From assembly GCA_027334715.1 (NCBI GenBank), contig DAHWUG010000001.1, positions 211,322 to 275,321 of the forward strand: a DNA stretch of 64,000 nucleotides, read 5' to 3'. Origin of the DNA: Nanobdellota archaeon (GTDB lineage: Archaea; Nanobdellota; Nanobdellia; Pacearchaeales; GW2011-AR1). Below the pieces are notes generated by a model. That model did no database searches. It was not told where the DNA came from and saw nothing but the letters and a program-made list of their open reading frames with translations. Made by a program: the position numbers and the translations under genes. Below are positions 48,894 to 59,440 of the stretch, one piece after another; position 1 is the first letter of the stretch; every line of letters begins with the position of its first letter.

Positions 48894-49304
48894 TTACGGA
48901 CTGACTAAAAATTCCAACTTCATAACTTTTCCAGGCAATCTTACTTTCTGCTTTGTCTGGAAATCTGTATATGCCTTATAAATTTCCAAAATATATCTTT
49001 TCCTGCCAGATTTTCCGTAATAAACAGAATAATCCATTTCGTGCTCTATTGCACGATTAATAGCGTCATTATTTGCTTTTTTTTCTAATAAAACTATTGC
49101 TTCCTGCGGTGTTATATCTATTGTACTTCTGTTTACAGGCACCCATGCATAATTTGTCAGCCTGCCTGTCACATTATGGCTTTGCAATTCCCTTAAATCA
49201 GAAAAAACACCTACTAAATCTGCAGCATGAAATGAATCGCAATAAGGCCTGCCATGAACAGCATTCACCAATCGCCTAAGGCTGAAGTCATGCTTCCTTT
49301 CCAT
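48894..49304 (-). CDS. hypothetical protein
   Basis: ORF only. Confidence 0.2.
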   Translation of the reverse strand: MERKHDFSLRRLVNAVHGRPYCDSFHAADLVGVFSDLRELQSHNVTGRLTNYAWVPVNRSTIDITPQEAIVLLEKKANNDAINRAIEHEMDYSVYYGKSGRKRYILEIYKAYTDFQTKQKVRLPGKVMKLEFLVSP

Positions 49305-49374
49305 AAAGTTATCCCATCTTTTTTTCTTTTTAAGGATTGTTGTAATAAGAGAAAACTAATACTCAATTGGAGAA

Positions 49375-50436
49375 TTAAGAAACTTGACTAATGGCCCAAT
49401 TGACAAATTCTTCATTATTATTTGTTTCATTAAAAGAGATTATTTCCTTATCACTTATTAAAGCTTCAATAACATCATCAGTTGGTAAACCATACTGTGA
49501 ATAATAATTATTTATCATTTCTCTAATTCTAACTTTACTTTCAATTAATCCGATTGAGTTTAAATTTTCTTGAGATAATGAAATTTGTGAGCGTATTTGC
49601 TCTTGGTCATAAATTACAAAGGTATTTCCATAATGACAAAAAATGTTCATATGCCCTCCTTCAGAGTCACCACCCCATAAAACATCATAACAATTTATTG
49701 AAGAGTTATAGTTTTCCATCATAGATAAAACAGTTAGAGCATAATCTTTACAATCCCCTCCCTTTCCCGCACTCAAGAATTCTGCAGGAGTTTTCCAATA
49801 ATCTGAACCGAATAAAAGAGTATCCCCACGATAATTAAAATTAAATCCACCAATATAATTTAGGTCTCTTTGTGTATCATTTTTCATATACTGCTTAATA
49901 TTCTGATTATAGTAATCTATTGTCTCTGAAGGTCTAATAAATCCTTGAGCAATTCTATAATAAGCATCTGTGTTAGGCACATAACTTTCCGGGATCCTTG
50001 GGTTTAACCAATATGTTTCAAAAGGTATATTTTGACTATTATCAAAGTAGTAAGTTAAATCAGGAACTTTCCATCCTAAAATGAATGGCAATCCAGCATC
50101 TTTCTCAAAACAAAGGTTGGTTATTCCATCCAATTCCAATGATGAATTTGGAATAAAATACTGATTGTATTCCTTTTTAGTTAAATAAAAATTTCCTTGG
50201 CTTGTTTTCCCTATTATCTTCTTGTCTACAGTAATATTTCCATCAAGACTACAACTATTATTTATGTCTTTAAAATTCAAATAAACTCCCTCACTTATAT
50301 TTGAAAAATTTTTTGACGGTAATGTAGATGAATAATTATTTCCATTATTAAAACTCCCGAGAATCATTAAACCCACAAAAACAAATAAAACAATTGCCCA
50401 CCACCTTTTGTACCAGACTTTCTTTAGATGAGGCAT
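49375..50436 (-). CDS. transglutaminase-like cysteine protease superfamily protein, secreted or membrane-anchored
   Basis: N-terminal TM; GKGGDCKDYA core Cys motif. Confidence 0.5.
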   Translation of the reverse strand: MPHLKKVWYKRWWAIVLFVFVGLMILGSFNNGNNYSSTLPSKNFSNISEGVYLNFKDINNSCSLDGNITVDKKIIGKTSQGNFYLTKKEYNQYFIPNSSLELDGITNLCFEKDAGLPFILGWKVPDLTYYFDNSQNIPFETYWLNPRIPESYVPNTDAYYRIAQGFIRPSETIDYYNQNIKQYMKNDTQRDLNYIGGFNFNYRGDTLLFGSDYWKTPAEFLSAGKGGDCKDYALTVLSMMENYNSSINCYDVLWGGDSEGGHMNIFCHYGNTFVIYDQEQIRSQISLSQENLNSIGLIESKVRIREMINNYYSQYGLPTDDVIEALISDKEIISFNETNNNEEFVNWAISQVS

Positions 50437-50480
50437 AAATATTATAATAAATGCCTAATTTTAAGGTTTTCTAAGAAAAA

Positions 50481-50683
50481 TCCCCCCACCCAGAATCGAA
50501 CTGGGGATCTATCGGGTTCTGTTTGAATCTGAACCGATTTTTCCGGCTTTTGGGGTTTCATAGTCTTCCTCAACGGAATCTCCACCTTAGAATCAACATC
50601 CTTAAAGGAAGTTGATCGTCAAGGAACCTTGGTTCCTTACGTAATCTACAGCCGATCGCTCTAAACCACTGAGCTATGGGGGG
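50481..50683 (-). tRNA. tRNA-Tyr (anticodon GTA) with an unusually long ~128-nt intron
   Basis: acceptor CCCCCCA/TGGGGGG, D-arm GCTC AGTGGTTTA GAGC, anticodon stem ATCGG...CCGAT with loop CTGTAG, T-arm CCCAG TTCGATT CTGGG; intron hairpin AAGGAACCAAGGTTCCTT. Confidence 0.7.
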
Positions 50684-50762
50684 ATGCTTTAAGAAATCTT
50701 GAAGTATTTTTAAGGTTTGTTATTATTTCTTTCTGCGGATGCATCTTGCTATTCTTTATAAT

Positions 50763-51329
50763 TTAAATTTTTAGCGAGCCACGAAATCCTCTGCCACCAT
50801 AATAGGATTCTGCACCGTTGTGATATATAAAGACAGTGTTGAAGCGGCGATCAGCAAAAATGGCTCCGCCGAGTTTCCTGATTTCAGAAGGTGTTTTTAA
50901 CCAGCTAGATGTTTTTGTATCAAATTTTCCAAGCTTTTGCAGCTCCCGATACTGTTCTTCTGTTAAAATTTCAATGCCCATGGCAGTTGCCATATCAATA
51001 GCGTTATTTTTTGGTTTATGCTCTTTCCTTGCTTTCAGCGCTTCACTATCGTAGCAAATATTCCTCCTGTCTCCGGGAGTTTCCTCCGAGCAATCGTAAA
51101 AAATGTATTCTCCTGTCTTTTTATCATGGCCAACAACATCTGGTTCACCACCTGTCTTTTCCATTTCACCGAGCGACCACAATTTTTTAGAATTAGCTCC
51201 CACTCTAGATTGTACTTTAACCCATTCAATGCCTTTATGGCGGTTCATGTTCTTTTCAAAGCGGGATTTTAATACTTTGAGCAGCTCTTGACATTGTTTT
51301 GGCGACAGCTCTTTTTCACTGGTATTCAT
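50763..51329 (-). CDS. hypothetical protein
   Basis: ORF only. Confidence 0.25.
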   Translation of the reverse strand: MNTSEKELSPKQCQELLKVLKSRFEKNMNRHKGIEWVKVQSRVGANSKKLWSLGEMEKTGGEPDVVGHDKKTGEYIFYDCSEETPGDRRNICYDSEALKARKEHKPKNNAIDMATAMGIEILTEEQYRELQKLGKFDTKTSSWLKTPSEIRKLGGAIFADRRFNTVFIYHNGAESYYGGRGFRGSLKI

Positions 51330-51422
51330 TTTTTCCTCTTTAAAATTTTAGGAAAATAAAAAACTATTAAGATATTTAAATATTTTGATAAGAAGGGTTA
51401 ATGTAATAAAAATAATAATTTG

Positions 51423-51830
51423 TCATTTAACTTTTTCTATTTTTTTATTCATTATCCTGCTTAATATGGCAACAGTAGCTAATCCTATAATTATTGCTGT
51501 CCATATGAGTAAAGATAAGATTGAAGGTGATCCCACAATGATATAATCAAAAAATAAACTAAAAAAGACTATTATTAAGATTATCAATTCGGTTACAAAA
51601 ATGGATGTATATTTCTTCTTTGTCAGCTTTCTTTCAAGAAATACTTTTCTCATTAAAAGAATTATTACAATAGCCATAAGAGATGTTAGGATGTAATTAC
51701 CTCCACTTCCAATCAATATCATTATAGCTATATACAATACAGTTACTATTATTACTCCTATCATCAAATTATTTGTGAATAAATCTTCTTTTATTTCCTT
51801 AACTGACTCTTTTTTTGATGCTTTAGCCAT
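51423..51830 (-). CDS. small multi-TM membrane protein
   Basis: four hydrophobic segments. Confidence 0.3.
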   Translation of the reverse strand: MAKASKKESVKEIKEDLFTNNLMIGVIIVTVLYIAIMILIGSGGNYILTSLMAIVIILLMRKVFLERKLTKKKYTSIFVTELIILIIVFFSLFFDYIIVGSPSILSLLIWTAIIIGLATVAILSRIMNKKIEKVK

Positions 51831-51875
51831 AAATAATGCAATGTTCAGAAACTTAAAAAGCTACCTAAAGGATTT

Positions 51876-53246
51876 TTACTCCTCAAACTTCCTTTGCTCT
51901 GAAACAAAGAATGCCTTGTTGCTTTCGATTTCGTGTATGTTTCCTTCCCTGTCGAATACTGCTGTTGCCTTTGGCAGTTCAAATCTTCCGACAACTCCTA
52001 CCTTTGAGTATATTATATATGAGAAGACACGAACTTCTCCAGGATTCATTGCGTCAATATTCCATTCTATTCTTCTGTTTCTTTCATCAACTCTTGTTGG
52101 TGCATCCCCCCCGAATCTTTCGTGAAGCTTTACCATTACGGGAAGCTGGTCAACAATATTTACTCTTTCAACATGATTCTTTGCACTTGCCGTTATTGAA
52201 ACTCTTAATGCAAATTCTCCTCCCTTTGCATTTACAAATGAAACTCTTTTCCTGACAGTAAGACTTGTCCCTGTGTATTTCCTTACAAGAACAACAACCA
52301 TAACAACGAGCAATATAAGTATTACGGGGAATAACCAGTTTGTCTTTACAGTTATTTCAAAAGTCTCCCCTGGATTTATGCTTTTTGTCCAAGTGTAGTA
52401 AACAGCTAGACCCTGCCTTTGAACAACATCTGGAGTTGGAGTAAAACTTGTGAACAACCTGGAAATTATATTTTTTTGTATTACTGTTTCAGAGCTTGCA
52501 ACTGTGTTTCCCTGGTTTTGCTTGTCAATAACCTCTGTATTTATCAGAAATCCATAATCCTGCTTTGTTGTTGTAAGAATATTTTTCTCGCCGTATTTTA
52601 TTACTCCTTCAACATTTGCAGTTTTTCCGATTGCATTTACCTGTGCATTCAATGTGTAAAATCCCGCCATCAAGCTCCTGAAATCATTCTGGTTAAGCTG
52701 AACAGTGAATGTCTGTTTGTCATATGAATTTAAGACAGATGTTTTTTCAACATTAAAGAAAGGGGATGAAAAATTTACATCAACATTTCCGAAATTATAA
52801 TTAACCAGGTTCTTTATGTATATATCAATAGACTGGGATTGGGGGTCAACATTTCCCGAGCCGATTTCAAAAGCGTCTTTCATATCTATTATCTTAAACG
52901 TTGCGCTTTCGTTGTCTATTGTCCTGTCGCTTGCTTGTATGAAATATGGAATAGTGTAATAGCCCCTCTGTGAAATCCCGCTTATTGGAGCAAGCTGAAG
53001 AATAATCTCCTTTGTCTGTCCGGAGTTCAAAGTTATGTTTGAGGGATTCATGCTGAATCCGGCAAGATTATAAATGCTAAAAGTATCAGAAGGACCGAGG
53101 TTTGTTATGTTCAAATCAAAAGTTACAGGCTGATTTGTATCAGCAATAAGAACCTCATTCTGGCTTGTTTTCTGAACCTGAATGTTTATTGCTAGTATGT
53201 TTGGAAGAAGAAAGATTAATGCTATAAAAAAAAACCACTTTTTCAT
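51876..53246 (-). CDS. secreted/surface protein with a TM segment
   Basis: signal peptide; internal TM NWLFPVILILLVVMVVVLV. Confidence 0.35.
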   Translation of the reverse strand: MKKWFFFIALIFLLPNILAINIQVQKTSQNEVLIADTNQPVTFDLNITNLGPSDTFSIYNLAGFSMNPSNITLNSGQTKEIILQLAPISGISQRGYYTIPYFIQASDRTIDNESATFKIIDMKDAFEIGSGNVDPQSQSIDIYIKNLVNYNFGNVDVNFSSPFFNVEKTSVLNSYDKQTFTVQLNQNDFRSLMAGFYTLNAQVNAIGKTANVEGVIKYGEKNILTTTKQDYGFLINTEVIDKQNQGNTVASSETVIQKNIISRLFTSFTPTPDVVQRQGLAVYYTWTKSINPGETFEITVKTNWLFPVILILLVVMVVVLVRKYTGTSLTVRKRVSFVNAKGGEFALRVSITASAKNHVERVNIVDQLPVMVKLHERFGGDAPTRVDERNRRIEWNIDAMNPGEVRVFSYIIYSKVGVVGRFELPKATAVFDREGNIHEIESNKAFFVSEQRKFEE

Positions 53247-53494
53247 ACAGAAAATACAAATATTTTCTATTTAAAGATTTTGGTTCCAAAAATCTCCGGT
53301 CAATTTTCACTTTTAGGACATAAAAACCAGCATATGCAAAAAATTTAGCGTAGGTTATGCCAAATCCTGAAGAAAAAAACAAATCATTCCAAAAAAGTCC
53401 TCGACGATTTATTATTTCTCAAACCATTCCTTTATCAGCATTCAGAACTAATGAGCATGATTATTGATTGTTTCTGCCAGCTTAAGAACTAAAC

Positions 53495-54001
53495 TTATTT
53501 TTTCCCTTCCAAGTCAAGATATGCCTTTGCCTGATTCAGGAAAGTATCGCAATAGCTCGAAATTTTTTCCTCGTATTCCTCTACCCTCGAACGAATAACC
53601 CATTTTTCGTAAATCCCCCTGAGAAATTTCTTAAATGCAGTTGTCTCAAACCTGCCTTTATAATCCCTTATCAAAATTCCCTTTATGCTTAATTCAATAG
53701 ATCCCTTGTTTGTCTTTACTTTTGCCCCGCCCTGACTTATTTCTGTCTCTGAGAGACCCTTTACCTTCATTGATACTTTTGCCTCAAACTTAAAATAATC
53801 TGTCAGCTCCTTGCTTCCGTTCCATTCAATATCTATGTTTTTTACAGGACCTTCAATTTTTTCGCTGTATTTTTCTTCAGTAAGCGGATCAAGTCCTGTT
53901 TCCTCCTTTAGCCAGTCATAGCAGAATTTGTAAAAATCCTTAAATGAAAAAATGCCATTGTAGCTTATCTTGCTTGAGAAAATAGTATCTTTTTCTGGCA
54001 T
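53495..54001 (-). CDS. hypothetical protein
   Basis: ORF only. Confidence 0.2.
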   Translation of the reverse strand: MPEKDTIFSSKISYNGIFSFKDFYKFCYDWLKEETGLDPLTEEKYSEKIEGPVKNIDIEWNGSKELTDYFKFEAKVSMKVKGLSETEISQGGAKVKTNKGSIELSIKGILIRDYKGRFETTAFKKFLRGIYEKWVIRSRVEEYEEKISSYCDTFLNQAKAYLDLEGKK

Positions 54002-54070
54002 TTTTATTCCTCAATAAAAGAGAATTTTCGTTTAAATATTTAACTAAACCATGCTTAAACAAAGGTTATT

Positions 54071-54688
54071 ATGCTAAACAATTTAATTTATAAGAAGAAA
54101 ACATGTCCTAAAAACATGGGAGAATATGTACCTGACTACAAAGCATCTTTATGGCTTGTCAATTATGAAAGGGCACATGGCAAAAAAGTCGGATTAACAA
54201 GGGGAACTTTTGATCTTATCAATCCAGGGCATCTTGATTTTCTCTCAAGAGCAAAAGAGCTTTGCGATGTTCTCCTGGTTAATATAAATAACGTTGAATG
54301 GTACAAAAACCACAAGGGAAAAGGTAATGAACCTGTAAGGAAAGAAATAAATCGTATAGAACTGATTAAAAGACTTGAACCTGTGGACTATGTATTTATG
54401 CATCCGGGAATTGGCCAGCACATCCATCCTGCAGTTTTTTTAGCACTTTATTGCAAGCCAGATTTTTTTATAAGAAAAGACGAAGACCCAAGGTGGGCAT
54501 TTGAGGAAAAAAGGATTTTCTCTGAGCATGATTATCACCCTGATTTTGTTATCTTGCCAAGGAGTGATTGGGATGAAAGCAGTTCTGAGATAAGAGAAAG
54601 AGTAAAAGAGATGATGAGGCCTGAAATATCAATAGAAATGCTTTCAGACTGGCTTACACAAATGAGAATTCTTCACAATAAGTCCTAA
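54071..54688 (+). CDS. cytidylyltransferase-like (HxGH) nucleotidyltransferase, RibL/FAD-synthase-like
   Basis: GLTRGTFDLINPGHLDFLSRAKELCDVLLVNI. Confidence 0.45.
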   Translation: MLNNLIYKKKTCPKNMGEYVPDYKASLWLVNYERAHGKKVGLTRGTFDLINPGHLDFLSRAKELCDVLLVNINNVEWYKNHKGKGNEPVRKEINRIELIKRLEPVDYVFMHPGIGQHIHPAVFLALYCKPDFFIRKDEDPRWAFEEKRIFSEHDYHPDFVILPRSDWDESSSEIRERVKEMMRPEISIEMLSDWLTQMRILHNKS

Positions 54689-54716
54689 CTACAGTTACCA
54701 TTCAAAAAAGAAAGAG

Positions 54717-55286
54717 TTAAATAGAATTCCTGCAGGATTCGCAGACAAGCATTCCATTAACCCTGTAAAGGGAATCCCTCTGTCCGCATTCTTCGCATAT
54801 CCCATCAACTACAACAGCATTATCGCGGTCTGTTGATTTTTTTATCCTTTTGAGCTTCTCTTCCTCCTCTTTTATCTTGGAAACTTCCTCAAGCTCAGGA
54901 TAAACCTCCGGATGGAAATTAAGTATGTCTTTTGCAGTTATTATTCCAAGCAGCTCATCATGATTGACAACAGGAAGCCTGTCAAATTTTGTTTTGTTCA
55001 TCTTGCTTATTGCCTCCCTAAGATTTGCATCCTGCTTTATTGTGACTATTTTTCTAGGGGAAATATCTAATGCAGTTATCTTTGAAAGGTCTGTTTTTGG
55101 CTTTTTGACCAATGCCCATAGTATATCTCTCTGCGTTATGAAACCCATAAGCTTTTTTTTGTCAACTAGAAGCAGGCTCCCGACACGGCCGCGGGCCATC
55201 TTTTTTGCGCATTCAAAAAGGCTTGCGCCTGAACTGATTATTACAGGCTCCCTTGTCATAACATCTGAAACAAGAATTCTTTCCAT
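54717..55286 (-). CDS. CBS-domain pair protein with a C-terminal zinc ribbon
   Basis: two CBS-like segments; CEECGQRDSLYRVNGMLVCESC. Confidence 0.6.
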   Translation of the reverse strand: MERILVSDVMTREPVIISSGASLFECAKKMARGRVGSLLLVDKKKLMGFITQRDILWALVKKPKTDLSKITALDISPRKIVTIKQDANLREAISKMNKTKFDRLPVVNHDELLGIITAKDILNFHPEVYPELEEVSKIKEEEEKLKRIKKSTDRDNAVVVDGICEECGQRDSLYRVNGMLVCESCRNSI

Positions 55287-55406
55287 GCTTTTCCTAATCT
55301 GTTTTTACTTATAAATTTTGCGGACTTTAAGTCAATTTCAAACTGATTTTGTCGTGATTTTTTTATTACAACAATATTTAAATAACTAACCTGAGAGTTA
55401 TGAATT

Positions 55407-55715
55407 ATGACAGAATACTGCCCCAACACAGACACCTGCCCCTTTTACCTGAATCTATCTTTTTACAAAGGGCAAATTGAAGGAGATGTTATCTCATTTT
55501 CAGGCAGCGCAAAAACAGGAGGAATAATCCATGACTGCATGGCATTGACTGCCCTTGATAAATCAATAACGCGTGTTCCAATAGGGCATAAGCTTAAGGA
55601 AAAAATTGCATCTTCAAGCGGAGTAAAAAATGTCCAATGCCCGCTAAATTCACTTAATCACGAAGGATTTTTGGAAGCTGAAGTAAACAGAATACTAGAC
55701 AGGTTGTGGAATTAA
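55407..55715 (+). CDS. small CxxxxxCPFY-motif protein (paralog 1)
   Basis: MTEYCPNTDTCPFY. Confidence 0.3.
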   Translation: MTEYCPNTDTCPFYLNLSFYKGQIEGDVISFSGSAKTGGIIHDCMALTALDKSITRVPIGHKLKEKIASSSGVKNVQCPLNSLNHEGFLEAEVNRILDRLWN

Positions 55716-55718
55716 AAA

Positions 55719-55982
55719 ATGACAGAATACTGCCCTCACCTTGAAAAATGCCCATTCTACAAAAACTGGGTGGAACAGACCGGAGACTCTAGAATTGATG
55801 TTATTGTAAAAGAATTAAATATGGCAAATTTTCGCTATAATTGCCTGACTTTGATAGCTTTGGATGACTTAGAAGTACCAATGGCTATGAATGAGGAATT
55901 ATCCAATAGACTGAATTACCCCAAAGAAACAAAATGCTCTCATATCACATTATTAAATTTATTAAATCGATTTCAAAGATAA
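55719..55982 (+). CDS. small CxxxxxCPFY-motif protein (paralog 2)
   Basis: [14 protein letters not shown]; tandem with 55407. Confidence 0.3.
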   Translation: MTEYCPHLEKCPFYKNWVEQTGDSRIDVIVKELNMANFRYNCLTLIALDDLEVPMAMNEELSNRLNYPKETKCSHITLLNLLNRFQR

Positions 55983-55983
55983 A

Positions 55984-57591
55984 ATGGCTGAAAAACCTGT
56001 AATGCTAATGCCTGAAGATGTACAGAGGCTTCTTGGAAAGGACGCGCAGAGAAATAATATTCTTGCTGCAAGAATGGTTGCGGAGATTGTGAAAACAACA
56101 CTCGGGCCAAAGGGAATGGATAAAATGCTTGTATCTCCGACAGGGGACATTATTGTTACAAATGACGGAGTAACAATACTGGAAGAAATGCAGATAGAGC
56201 ATCCTGCCGCAAAGATGATGGTTGAAATCGCAAGAACGCAGGAATCAGAGGTTGGCGACGGAACAACAACAGCCGTAATGATTGCAGGAAAACTTTTGGA
56301 GAATGCTGAAAAGCTCCTTGACAAGAAAATACATCCGACTGTTATAACAAAAGGATACAGGATTGCCTCTGAAAAATGCCAGGAAATACTTAAGGATATT
56401 ACCCTAAAGATTACTGCAGATGACGAAGACATCTTGAAGCAGATTGCAATGACCGCAATGACCGGAAAAGGAGCAGAGGATTCAAGAGACTGGTTTGCAG
56501 ACATAATTGTCCGTGCAGTAAAGCAAATTGAAACAAACGGAAGAGCAGATCTTAATGATATAAAGATTGAAAAATCAAAGGGCGATGGAATAAAGGACAC
56601 TGAATTAATCTCCGGAATTGTAATTGACAAATCAAGAATTTCTCAGGATATGCCGCAAAATGTAAGAGGGGCAAAAATTGCACTTGTTGATTTTCCCCTT
56701 GAGCTGAAAAATCCTGAAATAGAAACGAAGATTTCAATATCATCTCCTGATCAGCTTCATGGATTTCTAGACCAGGAAGAAAGGGAAATCAGGGAAATGA
56801 TTGAAAAAGTAAAGCTTTCCGGAACAAATGTTATTTTCTGCCAGAAAGGAATTGATGATTTTGCCCAATATCTCTTGGCTAAGGAAAAAATCTACGCAGT
56901 CAGAAGGGTTGCAAAGAGCGACATGGAAAAGCTTGCAAAGGCAACTGGTGCAAAAATTGTAAGCAATCTCACTGAATTAAATCCCTTTGAATTGGGAAAT
57001 GCAGATTTTGTCGAGGAAGTCAGGCACGGAGAAGACACTTTGACATACATAAGAGGATGCCAGAATCCGAAAGCTCTTACAATACTCATACATGGCGGAA
57101 CAGAGCATGTCATTGACGAAATAGAGAGGGCAATCCGTGACGGTCTAGGCGATGTAGCATGTTCTTTGCAGTCAGGGCTTGTTGTCGCGGGCGGGGGAGC
57201 TGTTGAAATAGAACTAGCAAAGCGTCTTCGTGAATTTGGTCATAGCTTAAGCGGAAGAGAGCAGCTTGCAATAGACGAATTCGCATCAGCCCTTGAATTC
57301 ATTCCTTCAACACTTGCGGAGAATGCAGGAATGGACCCTATAGATGTTATTACAGAATTAAAATCAAAGCATGATTCAGGAGAAAAAAATGCAGGGCTTA
57401 ACCTGTTCACAAACAAAATAGAAAATGTTCTGGAAGCAAGAATAATAGAGCCCTTGAAAATAAAAACACAGGCAATAAATTCCGCATCAGAAGTTGCTAT
57501 GATGATTCTGAGGATTGACGATGTGATTGCTTCTTCAGGAAAGACAAGTGAAATCGGGAAAATACAAAGAAGACCCGATGAAATGTTTTAA
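55984..57591 (+). CDS. ths: thermosome (group II chaperonin) subunit
   Basis: GPKGMDKML...TNDGVTIL...[10 protein letters not shown]...GGGAVE. Confidence 0.9.
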   Translation: MAEKPVMLMPEDVQRLLGKDAQRNNILAARMVAEIVKTTLGPKGMDKMLVSPTGDIIVTNDGVTILEEMQIEHPAAKMMVEIARTQESEVGDGTTTAVMIAGKLLENAEKLLDKKIHPTVITKGYRIASEKCQEILKDITLKITADDEDILKQIAMTAMTGKGAEDSRDWFADIIVRAVKQIETNGRADLNDIKIEKSKGDGIKDTELISGIVIDKSRISQDMPQNVRGAKIALVDFPLELKNPEIETKISISSPDQLHGFLDQEEREIREMIEKVKLSGTNVIFCQKGIDDFAQYLLAKEKIYAVRRVAKSDMEKLAKATGAKIVSNLTELNPFELGNADFVEEVRHGEDTLTYIRGCQNPKALTILIHGGTEHVIDEIERAIRDGLGDVACSLQSGLVVAGGGAVEIELAKRLREFGHSLSGREQLAIDEFASALEFIPSTLAENAGMDPIDVITELKSKHDSGEKNAGLNLFTNKIENVLEARIIEPLKIKTQAINSASEVAMMILRIDDVIASSGKTSEIGKIQRRPDEMF

Positions 57592-57603
57592 AAAATAATT
57601 AAT

Positions 57604-58470
57604 ATGACTTCTCAGATTTTAACCGGTATTAACAGGCACTTTACACTGTCAGAAATATTTGAATCAGAGGAATATGTGATATGCGACTCTTCAGCCGAGA
57701 AATCCATGATTGACGAGATATCATCTGCAAAGACCTTTTCTGATCTTCCGGACTACCTTCTTTCCACGCAGCTGAAATATTCAGAAAGGTTCATTGATCT
57801 TCTTGGCAACAGAAATCTTTTGACAACTCAGGGAGTCTCAAGAGAGCTAAGGGATTCAAGAGACATAATAGGCAGGAATCTGCATTATCTTTCTTTAATG
57901 TCAAAGCATTTGAACGGAAATAGAAAAAAACACATGCATAATGGAGAAAATAAAAAAGAGATGCTGGCAGACATACAGGAGCTGCATCATCTTGCTTATG
58001 AATTATCAAAAAAGAAGGCATTTTCCCCCAGAAACAGGCAGATTTACAAATTCCTTGAAAGGATTGTCATGGCTGTGACAGAAGTTACCGACGCAAAGAT
58101 AGACTATGGAAACCTATATTTTTTACAGAAGCAAAAATCAATTAAAAGAGATTTTCATACAGACGAACAGCTTGTCACATCTGCAATTTACCTTTCATGC
58201 ACAGAATGCAAGCATGGAGGAATACTTACAAGAGACTCAGACATAAAAAGGATACTTAGGAACACTGTCTTTTACCTTGACCATTCCTCTTCAGCAGACT
58301 ACAGGGAGATTGTTAATATGGTGACGAAAAATCCAGTAAAGGTTTACCGTGCAGAAGGGATGAATGATGCAAGGCTTAACGGAGATAGCTCATGGCCAGG
58401 GTCATTGGAAATAAGCAGGATAGTTTCACAGCAAAGGATAAGTCTAATAGACAAAATGCTTTCTTATTAA
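57604..58470 (+). CDS. hypothetical protein
   Basis: ORF only. Confidence 0.2.
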   Translation: MTSQILTGINRHFTLSEIFESEEYVICDSSAEKSMIDEISSAKTFSDLPDYLLSTQLKYSERFIDLLGNRNLLTTQGVSRELRDSRDIIGRNLHYLSLMSKHLNGNRKKHMHNGENKKEMLADIQELHHLAYELSKKKAFSPRNRQIYKFLERIVMAVTEVTDAKIDYGNLYFLQKQKSIKRDFHTDEQLVTSAIYLSCTECKHGGILTRDSDIKRILRNTVFYLDHSSSADYREIVNMVTKNPVKVYRAEGMNDARLNGDSSWPGSLEISRIVSQQRISLIDKMLSY

Positions 58471-58506
58471 GATTAATTTTTAATCCTGTAAAAATATTTT
58501 TTATAT

Positions 58507-59439
58507 CTACTTTTTATTTCTTCGCAAAAGAAAGACTATCAAAGCAAGAAGTATTATCAGGATAATAATTCCAAGAATTACCCAAAAAAGTGCTGAGCTT
58601 CCTGAAGTCTGTGTTGTATTTGGCTCTTCTGCAACAACTGACTTAGGCGCAAATTGGTTTAGGTATTGCTGTGTTTCATAGCTTAAATCCTGATGCACTG
58701 CGTTGCCTGCCATTGTTCCTGGTCCGCCGGCAGAGCTCCCCCCTGGTCCGGAAACAGACAAAACAGTAAGAGTATATACCTGTGAGACAGGGGCATTTAC
58801 ACCGTCTGAAACGCTAATATTCAATGTGTAATTTGTATCTGCGGAAACAGATGGAGCTGTTCCTGAAAGCAATCCTGTAGAAGAATTAATTGAAAGCCAT
58901 GCAGGCAATTGTGGTGCCTGTGTAAGAGAATAAGTCAGCACATCTCCGTCCGCATCTGTTGCAACAACCTGGTAATTATACAGCTGAGATGAATTAATCT
59001 GTGTTACAGGCGTTGATGTTATGACCGGAACGCTGTTTTGAGGTGGTACAGGCAATACCTGAAGGTACAATTTGTCTGTAGCTGTCTGCCCGCTTGCTGC
59101 AACAACATTTGAGACAATTGTGTAATTTCCGGAAGAAAGATATGTTCCCTGCCCAAAGATTATATAATTTGAATAAGTATTATTTGTTGTGTAAACATTA
59201 ACCAGATTGCTTACAACTTTTCCTGATGAATCAAGAAGGGAAACATTTATTGTCATGCTGTTTTCAAGTATTGAATTTGCGTCAATTATGACCCCGACAT
59301 TTTGCCCGTTCATTATGCTTAAGCTGCTTGAGTTTGTTGAGTCATAAAATAATGCTGTCTGGACGCTGCTTGCGCTTACAAAAACAGATAATGCAATAAG
59401 TGCCAATGGAATTAAAAGCAATTTTTTGTTTGTGTTCAT
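58507..59439 (-). CDS. surface protein with a cadherin-like domain and a C-terminal TM anchor
   Basis: signal peptide; YTLNISVSDG...TLTV; C-terminal FWVILGIIILIILLALIVFLL. Confidence 0.4.
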   Translation of the reverse strand: MNTNKKLLLIPLALIALSVFVSASSVQTALFYDSTNSSSLSIMNGQNVGVIIDANSILENSMTINVSLLDSSGKVVSNLVNVYTTNNTYSNYIIFGQGTYLSSGNYTIVSNVVAASGQTATDKLYLQVLPVPPQNSVPVITSTPVTQINSSQLYNYQVVATDADGDVLTYSLTQAPQLPAWLSINSSTGLLSGTAPSVSADTNYTLNISVSDGVNAPVSQVYTLTVLSVSGPGGSSAGGPGTMAGNAVHQDLSYETQQYLNQFAPKSVVAEEPNTTQTSGSSALFWVILGIIILIILLALIVFLLRRNKK

Positions 59440-59440
59440 T

